From assembly GCA_017456555.1 (NCBI GenBank), contig JAFTJF010000006.1:75103-139102 (forward strand): DNA of 64,000 nucleotides, given 5' to 3'. The position numbers and the translations under genes are program-made. The first letter of the stretch is position 1, and the number at the start of each line of letters is the position of its first letter. Below, piece by piece: positions 47,947-57,955 of this stretch. This DNA comes from Clostridia bacterium. GTDB taxonomy: Bacteria; Bacillota; Clostridia; TANB77; CAG-508. Under the pieces are notes generated by a model. The model searched no databases. It saw only the letters and a program-made list of their open reading frames with translations, and had not been told where the DNA came from.

Positions 47947-50442
47947 TTATTCAAAGTTTGACTTAACATTTATTTTATTATCTTTTATTTTAATAACTAT
48001 TTCTCCATTAATATCAGTTCTATAAATTTTAACATTAAAATAATTTAATAACTTCAATATATCTTCTGATGGATGTCCAAATTTATTATCTTCCCCTACT
48101 CCAATTAATGCAATTTCAGGTTTTACCATTTCTAAAAATTCATTTGTTGATGATGTTTTAGAACCATGATGTGCAACTTTTAATACACTTGCTTTTAAAC
48201 TTTGCTTATCATATATTTTTACAATTTCTCTTTCCGCTACTTCCTCAATATCTCCAGTAAATAAAATTGAAAATTCTTTATAACATAATTTAAAAACTAA
48301 GGAATTATTATTTAAAGCATTTTCTTCTATTAATTCATTTTTTATAGGCCATAAAACCTCTATTTTTATATTCTCGTCTAACTTTAAAACATCTCCTGCT
48401 TTTAAAAATTTAATTTCAATTTTCTTTTTATTAGCTATTTTTATTAAAGCTTCAAATTGTTCAGATGGTTCTGGTTGTATTCCAATCAAAACTTGTTCAA
48501 CTTTAAGATTTTCTAAAACCGCAAACAATCCTCCTATATGATCACTATCACAATGAGAAATTATTAAATAATCAATTTTCGTAATTCCTCTATCTAATAA
48601 ATATGGTAGGACTACATTTTCACCATAATCATATTTATCTGTATTTCCTTCTCCTCCATCAATAATTATGTTCTTATTATTTGGAGTTTGAATAACGGTG
48701 CAATCACCTTGTCCAACATCTATAAAATATATTTTTAAAGACGAGTTAATTGATATTAATATAAAAATAAGTATAAAAATAACAAAGAAAATATTTATTA
48801 TACTAGAAATTATTTTCTTTTTAAGAATCATTTTTTCTAAATTAATAAGCTTATTAATTTTTCTCATGATATCAATATCATTGTTATTGTTGTTATTGTC
48901 GTTATTATTGTTATCGTTATTGTTATCGCTTTTATCATTTTTGTAATTATTCTTTATATTGATATTATTAGTAAATTTATTTATTTTTGAAATAATAAGT
49001 TTAAAGTAATTTTTTACTTCTTTTTTCAAAAAAGCAAATGACATTATCAGTTTTAGACAATAGTTTTTTCTTTTATTAAAATATAATACTAAACAAAAAA
49101 TTACTATATAATACAAAAGTATGAAAATAAAATTTGGTGTTGGCACATATATTCTAGAAAACGGAATTTTAGCACAAATTTCTCCTATTTTTAAAATTAT
49201 TGAAATCATAATTTCTTCTATTAATAAGAAAACTTTATAAAAAGGAATTGGAATATATGATACAAAAACAGTAAAATATCCAAAAATTAAAGCTAGAGCT
49301 ATAAATACAGAAACTAAAATATTCGAAATAAAAAATGTAAAAGATATTGTATTAAATGCATAAACCATAATTGGAAAAATCAAAATCTGAGCAGAAATTG
49401 ATAAAAGAAAATTTTCTAAAATATAGTTTAAGATTTTATTTTTGATATTTAAAAAATTAATTAAAAAAGATTCTTTATTTGTTTTTTCTGCTTCAGTAAT
49501 TATTTTTATTTTAATTTTTTTATCTATTCTTCTACTAAATCTGTTACTATAGTAATCCCAAAATCTTTTCAAAAAGTTATAAAAAACAACAATCCCTAAA
49601 GTTCCAAAATACGAAAGCCACATTCCAATATTATATAAATTATAAGGATTTAATAATAAAATAAATAATAAAGAAAATACAAAACTAATGTAAAAATTAT
49701 TTTTTCTATACAAACTTGAAGAAATAAAAATTAGCGCAGACATCAAGCATGCCCTTAAACAAGATACAGCAGAACCTGTTATAATATAAAATACAAATAT
49801 AAAAACTATTAATATTAAATTGCATACTTTTTTATTATTTATAAATTTTTCTACTATAAACTTCATTCCAAGCACCACATAAGTAACATGCATCCCTGAA
49901 ATTGCAAGTATATGAGAAATATTACTTATTTCAAAATTTTCTTCAACTTCTTCTGCGAGTTCATCTATTTTACCAAATAACAATCCATTTAAAAATTGTG
50001 CTATATCTTCTTTAAAAATATTGTTAATCTGATTACAAAATTCTAGTCTTAATAATAAAATTTTAATATATATATCTCTACTTTCTCCTATTTTTTCTAC
50101 ACTTTCACATTTCATAGTTCCGAAAATTTTATTTTGTAATAAATATTTTCTATAGCTAAATCCTTTATAATTTTTTGAGTCACTCGACTTTTCAAATTTG
50201 CCTTTAACAGTTATGATATCACCTGGAAAAAAATCATTTTCTTTTTCTACATATATTATTATTTTTTGATTTTTGGTTTTTTCATAGTTTTGATTTTTTA
50301 TAATTTTCAAAATATATTTATTATAATATTCTTTTTCTTCTTTTATACTTATTATTTTACCCATAATATGCATTTGGTCTTCTTTAGGAAATTGATTTTC
50401 AATATAAAAAAATGAAGCTATATTTATTAAATATAGCCCCAC
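47947..50442 (-). CDS. comEC: DNA internalisation competence protein ComEC/Rec2 (TM domain plus metallo-beta-lactamase domain)
   Basis: ISGMHV competence motif. MBL motif ISHCDSDHIGG. An N/D-rich insert lies between the two domains. The 5' end is uncertain: the track uses GTG, and an ATT at 50472 follows a better SD. Confidence 0.85.
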   Translation of the reverse strand: MGLYLINIASFFYIENQFPKEDQMHIMGKIISIKEEKEYYNKYILKIIKNQNYEKTKNQKIIIYVEKENDFFPGDIITVKGKFEKSSDSKNYKGFSYRKYLLQNKIFGTMKCESVEKIGESRDIYIKILLLRLEFCNQINNIFKEDIAQFLNGLLFGKIDELAEEVEENFEISNISHILAISGMHVTYVVLGMKFIVEKFINNKKVCNLILIVFIFVFYIITGSAVSCLRACLMSALIFISSSLYRKNNFYISFVFSLLFILLLNPYNLYNIGMWLSYFGTLGIVVFYNFLKRFWDYYSNRFSRRIDKKIKIKIITEAEKTNKESFLINFLNIKNKILNYILENFLLSISAQILIFPIMVYAFNTISFTFFISNILVSVFIALALIFGYFTVFVSYIPIPFYKVFLLIEEIMISIILKIGEICAKIPFSRIYVPTPNFIFILLYYIVIFCLVLYFNKRKNYCLKLIMSFAFLKKEVKNYFKLIISKINKFTNNINIKNNYKNDKSDNNNDNNNNDNNNNNNDIDIMRKINKLINLEKMILKKKIISSIINIFFVIFILIFILISINSSLKIYFIDVGQGDCTVIQTPNNKNIIIDGGEGNTDKYDYGENVVLPYLLDRGITKIDYLIISHCDSDHIGGLFAVLENLKVEQVLIGIQPEPSEQFEALIKIANKKKIEIKFLKAGDVLKLDENIKIEVLWPIKNELIEENALNNNSLVFKLCYKEFSILFTGDIEEVAEREIVKIYDKQSLKASVLKVAHHGSKTSSTNEFLEMVKPEIALIGVGEDNKFGHPSEDILKLLNYFNVKIYRTDINGEIVIKIKDNKINVKSNFE
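48878..48930 (-). repeat. Imperfect trinucleotide (AAC/AAT/GAT) tract encoding DNNNDNNNNDNNNNNND inside comEC
   Basis: The plus strand reads ttgttattgttgttattgtcgttattattgttatcgttattgttatc. Confidence 0.8.
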
Positions 50443-50499
50443 TATTAAAATTATTATTTTTTTGAACTTAATGCTAATTCTCCTTTCAAATTAGCCCCT

Positions 50500-51900
50500 C
50501 TATTTAACAATTCTTCTTGCTGTTATATATCTTTCATTATAGTACGAATTGGTATTTAAATTATCTGTTACTACCCCTCTTTTTGGATTGGCTGCATGTA
50601 TAAAATCACCATTTGATATATATACTCCAGTATGACCTATTTTTGTTTTAGCTTCATCATAAAATAGAATTAAATCACCAGGTTGCAAATCACTTCTTGA
50701 AACTTCTGTACCTATATTGTTTTGAGTTGCAGCTGTTGCGCCTAAACTATATCCAAAATTCAAATATACATATCTTGTAAATCCTGAACAATCAAATCCT
50801 GTTGTTGGATTTTTTCCACCAACAACATAAGGATATCCCAAGAATTGTTTTGCATAATCTACAACACTTTGCCCATTTGAACTAGCTGCGTTTTCTGTTT
50901 GTAATGCATTATTTACAGTTTCATTAGTTGTTGTATCAACAGTTGTATCATCTTCTTCATTTCTCTCTTCTGTTAAATACCTTGATGATATTTCTTCGTC
51001 TGTTTTTACTGTTACTAATGTTTTATGTACATAACCTGAAATTTCTTTTTCAGTAAATTTATACCATTCACCTTCTTCTGCAGTTATAGTAATTTTATCA
51101 TTATAATCTAAAAATCCTAAAACTTTTGAAGATTTATCAGCTTTTTCTCTTACTTTAGCCGTTTCTACATTTACAATTCCAGTTTTATTAACCGCAGTTG
51201 AAGTTTGATTTGTTTTATTGTCATTTTCTTTTACAGTATTATTTACTTTATTCTCAGCTACTTTATTGTTTTCTTTTGTTGTATTTGTATTGCTTACTTT
51301 ATTTGTGTTGTTTACTGTATTTTTATTTTCAGCCACTTTGTTTTCTGAAACTTTATTTTCATTTGATGAATTTTCAAAATCTGAAGTATTAACAGTTTGA
51401 TTGTCTGTAGCTATTTTGGTTTTTAAAACCCATCCAGTAGCAATTCCATCAGTTATTTGAACCCAATTTCCCACTTCAGTAAGTTTAGTAAATTCTTTTC
51501 CTGCTGCAGCATTCATTATTGCAGAAGATGTAAGATTTGGAACAAATCTTACTTTTACATCTGCATTTACTTTAACTTTTGAAGAATCTGTTGTTTCAGT
51601 AGGTTTATTAGTTGATTCATTGCTATTTTGAGAAGTTTCTGCGATATCTTCTTTTATTAAATTATTTTTTAAATATCCTACATTACTTCCATATTTTACT
51701 TTATACCATTCACCGTCTTTTTCTAATATTTCAACTTTTTCTCCTTTATAGATATTAGTTAATATATTAGAAGTTGTATTTGCTTCTTCTCTTAATCTAG
51801 CTGCAGATACACTAACCGTAGCAGTTGCAGCATAACAAGCACCTAGCAAAAAACTCCATAGAAGTATAGTAATTATAGATATTTTTCTTAATTTACTCAT
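50500..51900 (-). CDS. Secreted NlpC/P60 cell-wall hydrolase with SH3b domains and an N-rich linker
   Basis: Signal peptide. SH3-like segments (GEWYKVKYG, GNWVQITDG, GEWYKF). C-terminal FDCSGFTRYVY ... HTGVYI catalytic motifs. Confidence 0.88.
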   Translation of the reverse strand: MSKLRKISIITILLWSFLLGACYAATATVSVSAARLREEANTTSNILTNIYKGEKVEILEKDGEWYKVKYGSNVGYLKNNLIKEDIAETSQNSNESTNKPTETTDSSKVKVNADVKVRFVPNLTSSAIMNAAAGKEFTKLTEVGNWVQITDGIATGWVLKTKIATDNQTVNTSDFENSSNENKVSENKVAENKNTVNNTNKVSNTNTTKENNKVAENKVNNTVKENDNKTNQTSTAVNKTGIVNVETAKVREKADKSSKVLGFLDYNDKITITAEEGEWYKFTEKEISGYVHKTLVTVKTDEEISSRYLTEERNEEDDTTVDTTTNETVNNALQTENAASSNGQSVVDYAKQFLGYPYVVGGKNPTTGFDCSGFTRYVYLNFGYSLGATAATQNNIGTEVSRSDLQPGDLILFYDEAKTKIGHTGVYISNGDFIHAANPKRGVVTDNLNTNSYYNERYITARRIVK

Positions 51901-51911
51901 AAAAACCTCTT

Positions 51912-53666
51912 TTAATTATTATTTTCTAAATTTAATTTTATATGTACTTCTTCTAATTGTTTTTCAAATACTTTTGATGGTGCATTCATTAAAAGGTCTC
52001 TTGCTTTTTTGTTTTTAGGGAATGCAATAACTTCTCTAATGTTATCTTCTCTAGCTAATAACATTATTATTCTATCCATACCAGGAGCAGCTCCAGCATG
52101 TGGTGGTGTTCCATAGCTAAATGCATTAAATAATGCTCCAAATTTTCCTTTTACATCTTCAACTGTATAACCAGCAATTTCAAATGCTTTAATCATTATA
52201 TCTTGATCATGGTTTCTTACAGCACCTGATAAAATTTCATATCCATTACATACAGCGTCATATTGATATGCATAAATGTCTAATGGATCTTTTGTATTAA
52301 GCGCTTCTAATCCACCTTGTGGCATTGAGAATGGGTTATGGTTGAAATCTATTGTTCCTTCATCTGATAATTCATACATTGGGAAATCAACTATGAAACA
52401 GAATCTGTAAACATCTTTTTCTAATAAATCAAGTTCTGTTCCAAGTTTGATTCTAACTCCACCAGCTATTTTTACAGCTTTGTTATATTCATCTGCAACA
52501 AAGAATATTGCTGAACCTGGTTTAACATTCATTCTTTCAAAAATTTTAGCTTTTCTTTCATCATCTATAAATTTGCTAATTCCACCATTTAAGTTTCCTT
52601 CTGAATCCACTTTAACCCAAGCTAAACCTTTTGCGTCTAATTCTGAAACAGCATATTCTGACATAGTATCAAAGAATTTTCTTGGTTTTTCTTCCATATT
52701 TTCTGTTACTATTGCTTTAACTGTTTTATCTTTAAATGCATTAAATTCTGTTCCTACAAATATATCTGTTAAATCTGATATTGTTAATGGGTTTCTTAAA
52801 TCTGGTTTATCTGAACCATATTTTTCCATAGCTTCTTTGTAAGGAATTCTTACAAATGGTCCTTCATCAACTTTCCAGTCAGTATTTTGTTTAAATACTT
52901 TTGGAAGTACAGTTTCAATAACTTCAAAAACATCTTCTTGAGTTGCAAAACTCATTTCAAAGTCTAATTGATAGAATTCTCCTGGTGAACGGTCTGCTCT
53001 AGGGTCTTCATCTCTAAAACAAGGTGCTATTTGATAATATTTATCAAATCCAGAAACCATTAACAATTGTTTAAATTGTTGTGGTGCTTGTGGAAGCGCA
53101 TAAAATTCACCTGGATGTAATCTACTTGGTACTAAGAAATCTCTAGCACCTTCTGGTGAAGAGTTTGCTAAAATTGGTGTTTGAACTTCTGTAAATCCTA
53201 GTTCATCCATTGCATTTCTAAAATCTTTTAATATTTTTGAACGTAATTTTATATTTTTATGAATTTTTTCATTTCTTAAATCTAAGAATCTATATTCAAG
53301 TCTTAAATCTTCTCTTACTGTTTGACCTTCTACATTTATTTCAAAAGGTAATGAACTTCTACATTTTCCAAGAACTGTTATTTCTTTTGCAGCAATTTCA
53401 ATTTCACCAGTTGGTATTTTATCATTTTTGCTTGCTCTTTCAACAACATCTCCTGTTACTGTTATTGTACATTCTTTTGTTACATCTTTTAAATCTATAT
53501 TTTCTGAAACTACTATTTGTGTAATTCCGTTTTCATCTCTTAAATCTATAAATGCCATTTTTCCTAAATTTCTAATTGTTTGAACAAATCCTGCTAATCT
53601 TACTTCTTTTCCGCAGTCTGTTATTCTTAATTCTCCACAATTATGAGTTCTATACTTATTTGCCAT
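51912..53666 (-). CDS. aspS: Aspartate-tRNA ligase
   Basis: 584 aa. Class II motifs FRDEDPRADR and GTPPHAGAAPGMDR. Confidence 0.95.
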   Translation of the reverse strand: MANKYRTHNCGELRITDCGKEVRLAGFVQTIRNLGKMAFIDLRDENGITQIVVSENIDLKDVTKECTITVTGDVVERASKNDKIPTGEIEIAAKEITVLGKCRSSLPFEINVEGQTVREDLRLEYRFLDLRNEKIHKNIKLRSKILKDFRNAMDELGFTEVQTPILANSSPEGARDFLVPSRLHPGEFYALPQAPQQFKQLLMVSGFDKYYQIAPCFRDEDPRADRSPGEFYQLDFEMSFATQEDVFEVIETVLPKVFKQNTDWKVDEGPFVRIPYKEAMEKYGSDKPDLRNPLTISDLTDIFVGTEFNAFKDKTVKAIVTENMEEKPRKFFDTMSEYAVSELDAKGLAWVKVDSEGNLNGGISKFIDDERKAKIFERMNVKPGSAIFFVADEYNKAVKIAGGVRIKLGTELDLLEKDVYRFCFIVDFPMYELSDEGTIDFNHNPFSMPQGGLEALNTKDPLDIYAYQYDAVCNGYEILSGAVRNHDQDIMIKAFEIAGYTVEDVKGKFGALFNAFSYGTPPHAGAAPGMDRIIMLLAREDNIREVIAFPKNKKARDLLMNAPSKVFEKQLEEVHIKLNLENNN

Positions 53667-53801
53667 AATACATTTCCCCTCTTTATATCACATATGTGGA
53701 TACATTATATAATATTAATTCTCTTTTTTCAATATACCCGTAAGAAAATTTTAGATTTGTTACATTATATATTACGACAAAATATTTACAATTATATATG
53801 T

Positions 53802-53834
53802 AAAAAAAGAAATCTAGATAACTAGATTTCTTTT
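53802..53834 (-). terminator. Terminator after the FGE-like gene
   Basis: AGAAATCTAG-ATAA-CTAGATTTCT hairpin followed by a T-run on the minus strand. Confidence 0.65.
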
Positions 53835-53839
53835 ACTTT

Positions 53840-54967
53840 TTATTTATATAATATTAATCTGAATCCCCAATAATTATCAGATGTATTTTCTGGATAATAA
53901 ATGTGGCTTGCTGGAGTTCTACTTAAATTAGCACTTCCTCCACGAACAATTCTATGAATTACATTATCTTTATTATTATTATCTTCATTTGCAGATTTGT
54001 AAATTTCTGTTGTCCATTCTCTAACATTTCCTGCTAAATCACATATATTGTTTACAAAGTCTGTATCTGTATATCCTGTTGGATATATTGTATCACTATA
54101 ATTCCCATAATTTACACTTGAAGAATAATGTTCTATTGATTTATCTAACCATTGAATTGTTGTATCCCAAGCATAACTATTTAATAGTGCTGTTGTACAA
54201 TCTGTATATCCATATAATGAATCAGCATTATTTGAATGTTCTGCAGCATTTAAATAAGTAATGTTTGTCCAAGGTTGTTTTCCTGACATAGACGCTGCTG
54301 CAACTTCTCCATCTACTTCATATTGTGATGCTTCATATTTTCCTATATAGAAACCATAATATTTTGCAACGCTATTTACTAATGCAGAAGCTGTACTAGC
54401 TGATTCTTCATAATCTGTACTTAACATTGTATTTCTTGTTAATTTTCCATTTGGAACTGGAATCCAAACAAATTCATTTCCATATGAATCTTCAATTGTA
54501 AATCCTTCATCTACAACATTATGTGTTACATTAAATCCTTCTGGTATATATGGATTTGTTGCAGAACTTTCATTAATTTCTGTAACTTCTATTGATTCTG
54601 TTTTCTTTTCTCCACCTGCTGTAACAGCTGTAAATTCATATATTCCATTGTTTTCTGCTGTAACATTTACTGAATCACCTGTTACTTTACTTCCATCTGG
54701 AAGAATTATTTCTTCAACATAATCTGTTTCAGAATCAAGAGTTGCTGATACTACAATTTCAACTTTAATATCTTTTCCTTCCTTATTAACTTTTTTTTCT
54801 AAAGTTAGAACTGGTTTTACCTCTTCTTCTTGATCTACTACTCCAGTTTGAGTTCCATCTCCACTTCCTGAATCATCTGTAGATAATAGTTTTACTGCAA
54901 AAACTCCTACTCCTACAAGAACAAGTATTAACAAAATAATTATTAAAGGTGATAATTTACCTCCCAT
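53840..54967 (-). CDS. Membrane-anchored formylglycine-generating-enzyme (SUMF1/FGE) family protein with an Ig-like spacer
   Basis: TM anchor. C-terminal GNVREWTTE ... RIVRGGS ... YWGFRLILYK motifs are typical of the FGE-sulfatase domain. Confidence 0.65.
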   Translation of the reverse strand: MGGKLSPLIIILLILVLVGVGVFAVKLLSTDDSGSGDGTQTGVVDQEEEVKPVLTLEKKVNKEGKDIKVEIVVSATLDSETDYVEEIILPDGSKVTGDSVNVTAENNGIYEFTAVTAGGEKKTESIEVTEINESSATNPYIPEGFNVTHNVVDEGFTIEDSYGNEFVWIPVPNGKLTRNTMLSTDYEESASTASALVNSVAKYYGFYIGKYEASQYEVDGEVAAASMSGKQPWTNITYLNAAEHSNNADSLYGYTDCTTALLNSYAWDTTIQWLDKSIEHYSSSVNYGNYSDTIYPTGYTDTDFVNNICDLAGNVREWTTEIYKSANEDNNNKDNVIHRIVRGGSANLSRTPASHIYYPENTSDNYWGFRLILYK

Positions 54968-55119
54968 ATGCTTTCTCTCCTTTTGTAAATTTATATAACT
55001 ATTAAATCATATATCTATATTTTTTTCAAATACTTTTATAAAAAATTATACTTTTTTACAAAGATTTCACCTTAGTTATTTTATTTATAAATTTCTATAA
55101 TTTTTATTTATTATAAAAA

Positions 55120-55151
55120 CAAAAAAGAAGTGACTTTAAATCACTTCTTTT
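55120..55151 (-). terminator. Terminator after rpmA
   Basis: GAAGTGA-loop-TCACTTC hairpin followed by a T-run on the minus strand. Confidence 0.6.
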
Positions 55152-55159
55152 AATCTTAT

Positions 55160-55417
55160 TTACTCTGCTGGATAAACACTTACTTGTTTTTTATCTTTAC
55201 CTTTTCTTTCAAATTTAACTGTTCCATCTACTAAAGCAAATAAAGTGTCATCGCTTCCGATTCCAACGTTTGTTCCTGGGTGTACATTAGTTCCTCTTTG
55301 TCTTACTAAGATATTTCCAGCTTTAACGATTTGTCCATCAGATTTTTTAACACCAAGTCTTTTTGACTCACTATCTCTTCCGTTCTTAACACTACCTTGA
55401 CCTTTTTTGTGTGCCAT
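55160..55417 (-). CDS. rpmA: 50S ribosomal protein L27, with no N-terminal propeptide
   Basis: The protein starts [24 protein letters not shown]. Confidence 0.95.
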   Translation of the reverse strand: MAHKKGQGSVKNGRDSESKRLGVKKSDGQIVKAGNILVRQRGTNVHPGTNVGIGSDDTLFALVDGTVKFERKGKDKKQVSVYPAE

Positions 55418-55478
55418 GAAAGATTCACTCCTTTCGCTTTATAATTTTATTTATATCACATTATTAATTTCGATATAA

Positions 55479-55838
55479 TTATTTAGCTGCTTTTTCAGCT
55501 TTTTCTGTCTTTTCAGCTTTTTCAGCTTTAACTTTAATTGAAGTAATTTCTACTTTAGTATAGTCTTGTCTGTGTCCTCTAGTTTTTCTTTCATTCTTTT
55601 TAGCTTTGTATTTGAAAACTAGAACTTTTTTACCTCTACCATTAGAAATAACTTTTCCTTCTACTTTGGCATTAGCTACATAAGGATTTCCAACTTGTAC
55701 TTTTCCATCATTAGATACTAAAACAACTTTATCAAAAGAAACTTTTTTTCCTTCTTCTGTATCTAATTTTTCAAAATATACAGCTTCTCCTTCTTGTACT
55801 TTGTATTGTCTGCCACATGCTTCAATTATTGCGTACAT
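55479..55838 (-). CDS. rplU: 50S ribosomal protein L21 with a KAEK-repeat tail
   Basis: The protein starts [14 protein letters not shown] and ends [16 protein letters not shown]. Confidence 0.95.
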   Translation of the reverse strand: MYAIIEACGRQYKVQEGEAVYFEKLDTEEGKKVSFDKVVLVSNDGKVQVGNPYVANAKVEGKVISNGRGKKVLVFKYKAKKNERKTRGHRQDYTKVEITSIKVKAEKAEKTEKAEKAAK

Positions 55839-55960
55839 TAAAAATGCACCTCCCTTTTCGTATACTCGCTAACTTCCAACTTGGGTAACTACTTAAATGT
55901 AGTATTTATAGACCCTAGCTAAGCAGTTTACAGTATTAGATTTTAACATGAAACCCTATG
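55839..55960 (-). promoter_or_regulatory. Structured 5' leader of rplU, possibly an L21-leader-type autoregulatory RNA
   Basis: A GC-richer untranslated segment lies directly upstream of rplU. The call is by position only. Confidence 0.25.
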
Positions 55961-56076
55961 TTTGTCAAGGATTTTTTTACAAAAAGCAACAAAAAATCGT
56001 CGTCAAAATTTTAATTTCGTATCGACGATTATATTTGTTAAAATAAAAAAGATAAGCATTTTATAGCTTATCTTTT

Positions 56077-56397
56077 TTATTCGTCTCTTGTTCTTTCTTC
56101 TTTTCTAATTCTTTCTTCTCTTTCTGGAGCCTTAACTTCATGTACAGGAGTTTGTTCTGGTTTATCGTTTTCTTGAGAATCTAAAACAACAGATTTTTCT
56201 ATTCTTTTTTCAAATGCTTTTGAATCCGATTCCATTTTTTTACGTGCAGCTAATAATTGTAAAGATTGTTCAACGGTAATTAATTTTTCTTTAATCGCCA
56301 TTGCAACTGCATCTTTTAATGATTCCCAGCTATTTTCTTGTACATATGTTTTTTCTGGTCTTCCAAAAAAATCTTTAACAGTTTCTAAATAACTCAT
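56077..56397 (-). CDS. Hypothetical protein (106 aa, charged C-terminus)
   Basis: ORF with an AGGAAA SD and its own terminator (56044-56079). No recognisable family. Confidence 0.5.
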   Translation of the reverse strand: MSYLETVKDFFGRPEKTYVQENSWESLKDAVAMAIKEKLITVEQSLQLLAARKKMESDSKAFEKRIEKSVVLDSQENDKPEQTPVHEVKAPEREERIRKEERTRDE

Positions 56398-56469
56398 AAT
56401 TTTCCTAAGCTTTTGGCTTAGTTTTCACCTCTCTTATTCAAAAATAAAATATTTCAATACTATTATAGC

Positions 56470-56499
56470 AAAAAAAGCCTTAGAAATCAAGGCTTTTTT
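56470..56499 (-). terminator. Terminator after rpoD
   Basis: AGCCTT-loop-AAGGCT hairpin flanked by A- and T-runs. Confidence 0.6.
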
Positions 56500-56562
56500 A
56501 TAAAATAATTTACATAACTTCGACAAAATCTGATTTTTTTCTATCATTTTGTCATATTTATA

Positions 56563-57939
56563 TTAACTCATATAATCTTTTAATCTTTTACTTCTGCTTG
56601 GATGTCTTAATTTTCTTAAAGCTTTTGCTTCAATTTGTCTAATTCTTTCACGAGTTACTTGGAATTCTTTACCAACTTCTTCAAGTGTTCTAGCTTTTCC
56701 ATCTTCTAATCCAAATCTTAATTTTAAAACTTTTGCTTCTCTTGGTGTTAATGTTGCCATTACTTCTTCTAGTTGTTCTTTTAATAATGTATATGCAGCA
56801 GAATCATGTGGTGCTGGTGACTCATCATCTGGAATAAAGTCTCCTAAATGGCTATCATCTTCTTCACCAATTGGTGTTTCTAAAGATACTGGATCTTGGG
56901 CTATTTTTTGAATTTCCATTACTTTTTCAACTGGGATTTCCATTTCTTCAGCAATCTCTTCTGGACTTGGTTCTCTTCCTAACATTTGAAGTAAATGCCT
57001 AGAAGTACGAATTAATTTATTTATCGTTTCTACCATGTGAACTGGAATTCTTATTGTTCTAGCTTGGTCTGCAATAGCTCTTGTTATAGCTTGTCTAATC
57101 CACCATGTTGCATAAGTACTGAATTTGTATCCTTTTTTATAATCGAATTTTTCTACAGCTTTTATTAATCCCATGTTTCCTTCTTGGATTAAATCTAAGA
57201 ATAACATTCCTCTACCAACATATTTTTTAGCAATACTTACAACTAATCTTAAGTTAGATTCAGCAAGTTTTTGTTTAGCTTCTTCATCACCATCTAGAAC
57301 TTTTTTTGCAAGTTCTAATTCTTCTTCAAAAGTAAGTAGTGGTATTCTACCAATTTCTCTTAGATACATTCTTACTGGATCATCAATACTAACACCTTCA
57401 ATTGCAGTGTTCATATCTAACTCTTCAAGTTTTATATCTTCAACTTCTTTTAAATCATCTAAGTCTGGTTCTAATAAATCATCATCATCTTTTAGTACAT
57501 TTACACCAATTTCTTCAAAAGCTTCAAAAACTTTATCTATTTGCTCTGGATTTGCTTCTCCAAGTTCTGCCGCAAGCTCTCCATAAGTAATTTTTCCTTT
57601 TGCTTTTGCACTACTTACGATTTTTTGAATTTTATCCTTTTCGTTTTCTTCTTGAGGTTCTTCTTTTTTCTCTTCTTTTACTTTTGAAGATTTTTTTGTT
57701 TCTTTTACTTCTTCAACTTCTTGGCTAGCATCTTCTTTTTTAGTTCTTTTTCTTGTTTTCTTTTCTTCAACAACTTCTGCTACTTCAGCAATTTCTAATT
57801 GTTCTTCTTTTTCAGCTTTTTTAGTTTTTTTAGCCTTTTCTGACTTAATATCTATTTCTTCTTTTTTAGTTGTTTTTTTCTTTGTTGTAGGTTCTTTTGC
57901 ATCTAATTCTTCTACTAGCTCTTTTTCTGTTTTTTTCAT
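56563..57939 (-). CDS. rpoD: Primary sigma factor (RpoD/SigA) with a long K/E-rich N-terminus
   Basis: Region 2 motif [30 protein letters not shown]. Region 4 motif [20 protein letters not shown]. Confidence 0.95.
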   Translation of the reverse strand: MKKTEKELVEELDAKEPTTKKKTTKKEEIDIKSEKAKKTKKAEKEEQLEIAEVAEVVEEKKTRKRTKKEDASQEVEEVKETKKSSKVKEEKKEEPQEENEKDKIQKIVSSAKAKGKITYGELAAELGEANPEQIDKVFEAFEEIGVNVLKDDDDLLEPDLDDLKEVEDIKLEELDMNTAIEGVSIDDPVRMYLREIGRIPLLTFEEELELAKKVLDGDEEAKQKLAESNLRLVVSIAKKYVGRGMLFLDLIQEGNMGLIKAVEKFDYKKGYKFSTYATWWIRQAITRAIADQARTIRIPVHMVETINKLIRTSRHLLQMLGREPSPEEIAEEMEIPVEKVMEIQKIAQDPVSLETPIGEEDDSHLGDFIPDDESPAPHDSAAYTLLKEQLEEVMATLTPREAKVLKLRFGLEDGKARTLEEVGKEFQVTRERIRQIEAKALRKLRHPSRSKRLKDYMS

Positions 57940-57955
57940 TTTTTAAAACTACCTC

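Noticed and set aside
53667-53839. A T-box leader upstream of aspS.
   Set aside because: Only about 130 nt remain after the upstream terminator. I found no specifier-loop, T-box sequence or antiterminator arrangement.
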